Part shown: positions 58,882-64,000 of the stretch, piece after piece
Numbering within the stretch: the first letter of the stretch is position 1
Layout of the letters: each line of letters starts with the position of its first letter
Origin: Candidatus Bathyarchaeota archaeon
GTDB lineage: Archaea; Thermoproteota; Bathyarchaeia; 40CM-2-53-6
Assembly: GCA_963733055.1 (NCBI GenBank)
Contig: CAVTBR010000001.1
Coordinates: 288,001-352,000 of the forward strand
Length of the DNA: 64,000 bases
Direction: 5' to 3'
The notes under the pieces: generated by a model
Database searches by the model: none
What the model saw: the letters and a program-made list of their open reading frames with translations, nothing else
What the model was told of the DNA's origin: nothing
Made by a program: the position numbers and the translations under genes

Positions 58882-58901
58882 TAACATATTTAAGAATGTT
58901 A
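58882..58901. promoter_or_regulatory. Candidate ArsR operator in the divergent promoter
   Basis: TAACAT-N8-ATGTTA overlapping a TATA-like TTTAAG between arsM and arsR. Confidence 0.55.
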
Positions 58902-58925
58902 ATATAATCTTTACCTTCGATAATC

Positions 58926-59327
58926 ATGAGTTCCGTAATCGCCCAAGCTCGGGTAAAACGCCTGGTAACCCTAGGCTTGGTAGATTCTACCTGCACCCCA
59001 ACTGAACGCATCAACGAGTTGAAAGCCAGACTCGACCTAGATGATCGCAAATTCCGGGAGAACGAGACATTCTTTTCATCGCTAGGTGACGTGACCAGGT
59101 TGAAGATTCTGAAAGTCATCGGCGAGGAGGAATTATGTTCATGTGAAGTCATGGCTGCACTTGACCTGACACAACCAACTACTTCACACCATCTCGGAAT
59201 ATTGGAACGAGCGGGAGTATTGAGTTCCAGGCGCGAAGGGAAATGGGTATTCTACCGAATAGCCAGCCCAAGAATCAAAGCGTGGCTCACGAAGACCCTC
59301 GATATGATGGAGGCTGTGGTTCAATGA
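58926..59327 (+). CDS. arsR: ArsR/SmtB transcriptional repressor
   Basis: LGDVTRLKIL, ELCSCE, SHHL, REGKWVFY. Confidence 0.92.
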   Translation: MSSVIAQARVKRLVTLGLVDSTCTPTERINELKARLDLDDRKFRENETFFSSLGDVTRLKILKVIGEEELCSCEVMAALDLTQPTTSHHLGILERAGVLSSRREGKWVFYRIASPRIKAWLTKTLDMMEAVVQ

Positions 59328-59713
59328 AGAAAGTTCTCTTCGTTTGCATCGAAAATGCGGGCAGAAGCCAGATGGCTGAAGGCTTCGCGAGAGCCTACGG
59401 TTTGGATGCTTCTAGCGCAGGAACGGTGCCAGCAGAGAAGGTGAATCCGCTGGTGGCTCAGGCAATGACGGAGAGAGGCGTCTCTATTCCGGGAAAACCG
59501 AAGATTCTAACCGAACAGATGATCACCGACGCTGATCTCGTTGTGACTATGGGATGCTCCGTGGAAGAAGTATGCCCAGCCCCCCTGGTCCGGCAAATGG
59601 AGAAGAAACTTGTCGATTGGCAAATCGAAGATCCGAAAGGAAAAGGAATCGACCAGGTTAGAAAGATCCAGTCACAAATCGAAAGCAAAGTCATGGAACT
59701 ATTGAAGCGCTAA
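59324..59713 (+). CDS. arsC: Arsenate reductase, LMW-PTP family
   Basis: CIENAGRSQMAE, TMGC..CP, DW..EDP. Confidence 0.92.
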   Translation: MKKVLFVCIENAGRSQMAEGFARAYGLDASSAGTVPAEKVNPLVAQAMTERGVSIPGKPKILTEQMITDADLVVTMGCSVEEVCPAPLVRQMEKKLVDWQIEDPKGKGIDQVRKIQSQIESKVMELLKR

Positions 59714-59724
59714 GCGGTTGGTGC

Positions 59725-60492
59725 TTATGCTCCGAATAGTCGCGGGATAATGGCCCCGACGAGATATCCGATTAAGGCGGAGCCGCCTCCGATGAGTAGC
59801 ACTTGAAATCCGCTTCGAAGAAGTGCCGTCCTAACTACACGCCCCTTTACCACGCCCAAAGCAAATAGAGCGAACGCAGTCGTCACTAGCGAGATTGGTA
59901 GCGCGAGAGATAAGGGCCATAGAAGGTATGGCCAGAGGGGTATGAGGGCGGCGCCGGCGTAGGATGAACCTACGACAATTGCGTCTCTAGGTGCCGTGTT
60001 CGTTTCTCCGTGGGGTAGGCCTAATTCCTTCTCTATCATTGTCTTGGTTAGTGAAGTAGTTGAACGAGAAATAATTTCGCTAGCCAATTTCGCGTCCTCG
60101 GTGCTGAGATCCTCCTCCTTCAGCATCATTTCAAGTTCCAGACGTTCGACATCTGGGTGCTCCCTGATTTGCGATGTTTCATCCTCAATCTCTGCTTGGA
60201 ACAATTGGTTCTCGGCCTGACTAGCCAAGAAGCTGGCAGTACCCATCGCTAGCGCGCCAGCCGCGGCCTCTGCTAGGCCACCGACTATAACGGTGACCGG
60301 GGCAAAGGCTGCAGCCGCTAAACCCGTAACAACCGCTAATGGCACAAGCAAGCCGTCTTGGAATCCGAGGACAAGTTCCCGCACTCGGGAGAGGCGCAAG
60401 ATCCTTCCCTTTTCGCTGAGGGCCCTAATGCGCAATTCCTCTCCTGAGGTGGGGTGCGGAGGTCGTTTGGTTCTGGACTTGACTTTCCCCAT
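59725..60492 (-). CDS. VIT1/CCC1 transporter family
   Basis: VLGFQDGL, AGALAMG, EKELG. Confidence 0.9.
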   Translation of the reverse strand: MGKVKSRTKRPPHPTSGEELRIRALSEKGRILRLSRVRELVLGFQDGLLVPLAVVTGLAAAAFAPVTVIVGGLAEAAAGALAMGTASFLASQAENQLFQAEIEDETSQIREHPDVERLELEMMLKEEDLSTEDAKLASEIISRSTTSLTKTMIEKELGLPHGETNTAPRDAIVVGSSYAGAALIPLWPYLLWPLSLALPISLVTTAFALFALGVVKGRVVRTALLRSGFQVLLIGGGSALIGYLVGAIIPRLFGA

Positions 60493-60697
60493 GTTGGCTT
60501 CAAGACGTTAGAGTGGTAACGGTTGCCTTATTTCGCTTTCAATCTGCTTGCGTTTTGGATCAGCGTCAACCAATTGGAACTCTACTCCCACGCCTGCTAT
60601 ACCCTGGAGACATCATTTAGAATACCAATTAAGAAAACGGCGTACACGGAAGTACGTTTCTCGGTAGCCTGATCCAGTAGTGCAAGGATTTGCGTGG

Positions 60698-62245
60698 TTA
60701 TTCTGGCGGTAGTTCCTTGAATGCTAGCGATAGGTCGATGCCTTGCTTCTTGAGATGATACTTTTGGGCAGTGTAGAGTATCAGGCCGCCGACGAAGGAG
60801 GCAAGCAGGAATGCGTAGCTAAGGGTGTTTCCGCCGTATATGCTTGGTAATATTGCGAATTCGTAGGAGACGTATGCGAACACGATGGCGCTGAGTGCGC
60901 CGGCGATTACTAGTCCCATTCGAACGTTGCTCGGTTCAGATTTTCTGCGGATTCCGTATAATACCGAAGCTATTGCGACGAACATGAAGAAGAGCATTGG
61001 ACCGATGGCCGTAGCCGATAAGGCCGAGAACTGCCCGTAGTAAAACGCAGTCGCGCCCACCAGTATAATCGCTAGGACTAAATCGAAAATGTGGGCGACG
61101 GCGGGGGAATTGAATCGCGGGCTTACGTACGCGAACTTTGAGGGCAGAAATCTGTCGAATGATAATGCGAGAATGTATCTCGCAACAGCCATTATTGTAA
61201 CCATCAGGAAAATAATATTCCAGATAATCCAAACAGCGCCGAGAGCCAACGAGATCGCGAGATTATTCGCGACGCCCATGGCGAGCGTCCAGAAATTGAA
61301 GCCGTAGTCGAAAACTAGAGTTGAGTTTGAGAACGCTGCGTTGATGAACGGTTGACCGGCAACCCCGTATAGCACGGCAAAAACAGCGGTCCAGATTAGG
61401 AAGACGCTGATACCCGAGATTGGAACGCTCCATCTAAGTGCGCTCTTCCCCTTCAACTCCGACCCCGCGATTGTCGACATGTTAAACCATGGAAAGAGGA
61501 ATAGGAAGTAAAAGGGAATCAGGAGCAGTGTATTGCCCAGATCGAATGTAGGTCCGGTATACGAGCTGGCTATGGTATCGTAAGTTGTGTTGCTGATTCC
61601 CAACGAGTTTACGTAACCGACGACTCCAGCTCTGCCCGCGCCTAAGAGAACTCCAACTGCCAAAACAATGCCCACGACTCCAATAATCACCAATACCGTG
61701 AGAGTTCTGATTGCGTACCTGGGGCTCACTATGTTAACGAGAACCAGTATGGTGAAGATGATTGATCCGAGAATGAATTGGGAGGTCGGGTCAGCTCCGG
61801 AAATGTTCCCGGGCAGCGCGAGGCCAAGAAAACTCATGTTTCCCAAAGCAACACCAACAGATCCGATTGAGAAGACCGCTGACAGAATCAGGATGGCGAC
61901 AAAGGCGATGAAGTTCAGGCACGCTCCGGTCAGTCCCATCGCACTTCCGAAAAGCCCACCAAACTGCCTAGACATCCAAACGTAATCACCACCGGTCCGC
62001 GGCATTCGCCTCTGAATAATTGTGTAAATGAACATTTGAGGAATAACGAACAAGAACCCTATTACCGAACCGTAAACAAGGTTGACACCAGACATCGTCG
62101 GAAAGAATACGGTATAGAGCGGGAGTAGGGCAATTGTTGCGCCAAGCCCCATCCAAGCAGCGTTCATGCTTATTGCATCAAGCAGTGAGACGTTCTTGAC
62201 GAGGCCTGTGGCCTCTCTAACAAAAACAGTCGGCTTGCTAGACAT
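60698..62245 (-). CDS. APC family amino acid permease
   Basis: FVREATGL, MPRTGGDYVW, SFDR, C-terminal LPPE; paralog of 38232-39839. Confidence 0.9.
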   Translation of the reverse strand: MSSKPTVFVREATGLVKNVSLLDAISMNAAWMGLGATIALLPLYTVFFPTMSGVNLVYGSVIGFLFVIPQMFIYTIIQRRMPRTGGDYVWMSRQFGGLFGSAMGLTGACLNFIAFVAILILSAVFSIGSVGVALGNMSFLGLALPGNISGADPTSQFILGSIIFTILVLVNIVSPRYAIRTLTVLVIIGVVGIVLAVGVLLGAGRAGVVGYVNSLGISNTTYDTIASSYTGPTFDLGNTLLLIPFYFLFLFPWFNMSTIAGSELKGKSALRWSVPISGISVFLIWTAVFAVLYGVAGQPFINAAFSNSTLVFDYGFNFWTLAMGVANNLAISLALGAVWIIWNIIFLMVTIMAVARYILALSFDRFLPSKFAYVSPRFNSPAVAHIFDLVLAIILVGATAFYYGQFSALSATAIGPMLFFMFVAIASVLYGIRRKSEPSNVRMGLVIAGALSAIVFAYVSYEFAILPSIYGGNTLSYAFLLASFVGGLILYTAQKYHLKKQGIDLSLAFKELPPE

Positions 62246-62356
62246 GAGCGAAGCGTCTCGGACGAGCGACTCTTTAGATTAGTTATCGAGAACCATCATT
62301 AAGATAACTTACGGAATACATCGCCGAGACAATTCATCTCTATGAAGACGACCAAG

Positions 62357-63085
62357 CTATGGAAATTGTGGTAACGCTACGAGATGGTTAGCGAGCTCGT
62401 CGGGTTTTGAGTAGAAGGGGGAGTGACTACTGTCCATCCATACAAGTTTCCGACACAGCGTCGTGGAGTTCATTCTCCGTTGCAACATAGGGGACACGGC
62501 CTTGTCTCTGAGCGTACCAATATAGAATCGCGGTACCCGACCGTAATTCTTCTCACTGAGCCGCAACGGTGTCTCAATGGGACGAGTAGGCTCAGGAACA
62601 AAACGGCGCACGGCATCTTGAACATCTTCGTCAGTGCAGTCGCCGTAGAAAATCTCCTTTAACATATCTTGGTCTTTGATCACGTGAACGCTTCTGTCTT
62701 CTGAAAAGGCAAGGTTGGGCGGTATGAGTGAGTCCGTATCTTCCACCGCGAGTTGTATCATGGATTCGCCGCTGCGTAGGAGGAACGCTGCCAAGTATAC
62801 CAAGCACCTTAGGCGACCCGGTCGAACCTCAGCGACTTGACTGATCACTATACCTCCCCGGCTATGCCCAACCAATACCACCGGTTCGGTTTGCTGGTCC
62901 AAGATGTTGCAAATCGTCTCCACGTATGAATCAAGGGTGATGTTGCGAACTGAGGTTTTGTCTGACCCGTGACCCGGTAGGTCTGGGGCATGCACCGTGT
63001 GTCCCCGAGCTTGTAGGCGTGATGCTAGTTTCCTCCAACACCAGCCGCCATGCCACGAACCATGAACGAGAATGTAAACCGTCAT
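62357..63085 (-). CDS. Alpha/beta hydrolase (esterase)
   Basis: VHGSWHGGWCW, DLPGHG, GHSRGG, SHSPF. Confidence 0.92.
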   Translation of the reverse strand: MTVYILVHGSWHGGWCWRKLASRLQARGHTVHAPDLPGHGSDKTSVRNITLDSYVETICNILDQQTEPVVLVGHSRGGIVISQVAEVRPGRLRCLVYLAAFLLRSGESMIQLAVEDTDSLIPPNLAFSEDRSVHVIKDQDMLKEIFYGDCTDEDVQDAVRRFVPEPTRPIETPLRLSEKNYGRVPRFYIGTLRDKAVSPMLQRRMNSTTLCRKLVWMDSSHSPFYSKPDELANHLVALPQFP

Positions 63086-63303
63086 AGTCGGTTCTGATTC
63101 GCGAGCTGCACTTAAGAGATTAGCAACCATGGATGGAAATACCTAACAAGCAAACCAAATACACGAATTGGCAAGAGTAGTCGTAATATCTCATAGAGTC
63201 CGCGACGCCTGAACAGTATTACTTGAACACGTTGAAATATGCTACAGGTCTACAGCCTGTTCCAATATTTTCAACCTGAAATTCGTAAATTTGGTGTCTC
63301 TCA

Positions 63304-64000
63304 ATGACAGAATCAGTAGCGAAACAACTCCAACACGAGAATCAGCAAGGTAACGGCGTGACACAGTTCGTTGTGCCATTCGAACAGATTGGTATGGAGG
63401 ATTTACCAAATGTTGGTGGAAAGAACGCTTCGCTAGGCGAACTGACCAGCATAGGAATCCCAGTCCCACCCGGATTCGCCCTCAACGTTGCGTTCTACAG
63501 GGAATTCATAGAAGCGAATGGACTCAACGATTACATCAGTGAACAACTAACGAATTTAGATATCGGCGATGTTGAGCATCTTCAGAAAATCGGCAAGAGC
63601 ATCCGTTCCAAAATAACTCAATCCGACTTCCCACCCCAGTTGAAAGACGCCGTCACGACGGGCTACGCGATTCTCTGTAACGGCGAAGATGTGCAGGTCG
63701 CGGTAAGAAGCAGTGCGACGGCTGAAGATCTAGCCGACGCTTCGTTCGCGGGCCAACAAGATACTTACCTGAATGTGGTCGGGAAGGATAAGGTGCTTGA
63801 GTGCACCAAGCTTTGTATTGCATCGTTGTTCTCGGATCGCGCCATTAGTTACAGAGCGAAGAGGGGATTCGACCACATGGACGTGGGGCTGAGTGTCGGA
63901 ATTCAACGAATGGTGAAAAGCGACTCGTCGGGTGTGATGTTCACAATCGACCCTGACTCTGGCAACGACAACATCATGGTCATAGACTCTAGTTGGGGCT
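63304..64000 (+). CDS. ppsA: Phosphoenolpyruvate synthase, 5' part (runs off the window)
   Basis: Manual translation VGGKNASLGEL, VPPGF, VAVRSSATAEDL..ASFAGQQDTYL, SGVMFT. Confidence 0.93.
   Translation, partial: MTESVAKQLQHENQQGNGVTQFVVPFEQIGMEDLPNVGGKNASLGELTSIGIPVPPGFALNVAFYREFIEANGLNDYISEQLTNLDIGDVEHLQKIGKSIRSKITQSDFPPQLKDAVTTGYAILCNGEDVQVAVRSSATAEDLADASFAGQQDTYLNVVGKDKVLECTKLCIASLFSDRAISYRAKRGFDHMDVGLSVGIQRMVKSDSSGVMFTIDPDSGNDNIMVIDSSWG

Noticed and set aside
58856-59152. N-terminal extensions of the arsM ORF (likewise ORFs 49450-50088, 9624, 10190, 59243)
   Set aside because: They overlap real genes or promoters; internal starts fit the family lengths

Overview
Archaeal chromosome segment. 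Gene content and intron-rich tRNAs point to the TACK group, most likely Bathyarchaeia (inference). Layout: (1) 0.2-6.6 kb, host metabolic and repair genes. (2) About 6.66-27.4 kb, an accessory island abutting the 3' end of a two-intron tRNA-Arg. It holds a lone, motif-intact terminase pair, six HEPN-like RxxxxH proteins, three PD-(D/E)XK-type nucleases and a divergent Ogg2-type glycosylase. It also holds a ~350-nt highly base-paired non-coding region ending in a tRNA-like 3' end, five small helix+HTH genes followed by an HTH-TIGR02391 gene, and an adjacent SIR2-TPR / STAND-NTPase-TPR pair. (3) leuS, alaS, a free-standing double-LAGLIDADG+HTH gene and a rearranged ribosomal/translation super-operon. 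(4) A three-intron tRNA-Gly, degenerate KaiC/RAD55-like proteins, an arsenic cluster, transporters and the start of ppsA. Several single-base frameshifts, including one in rpl11, suggest assembly indel errors. No CRISPR array or integrase was seen. All calls come from reading motifs by eye; no searches were run.
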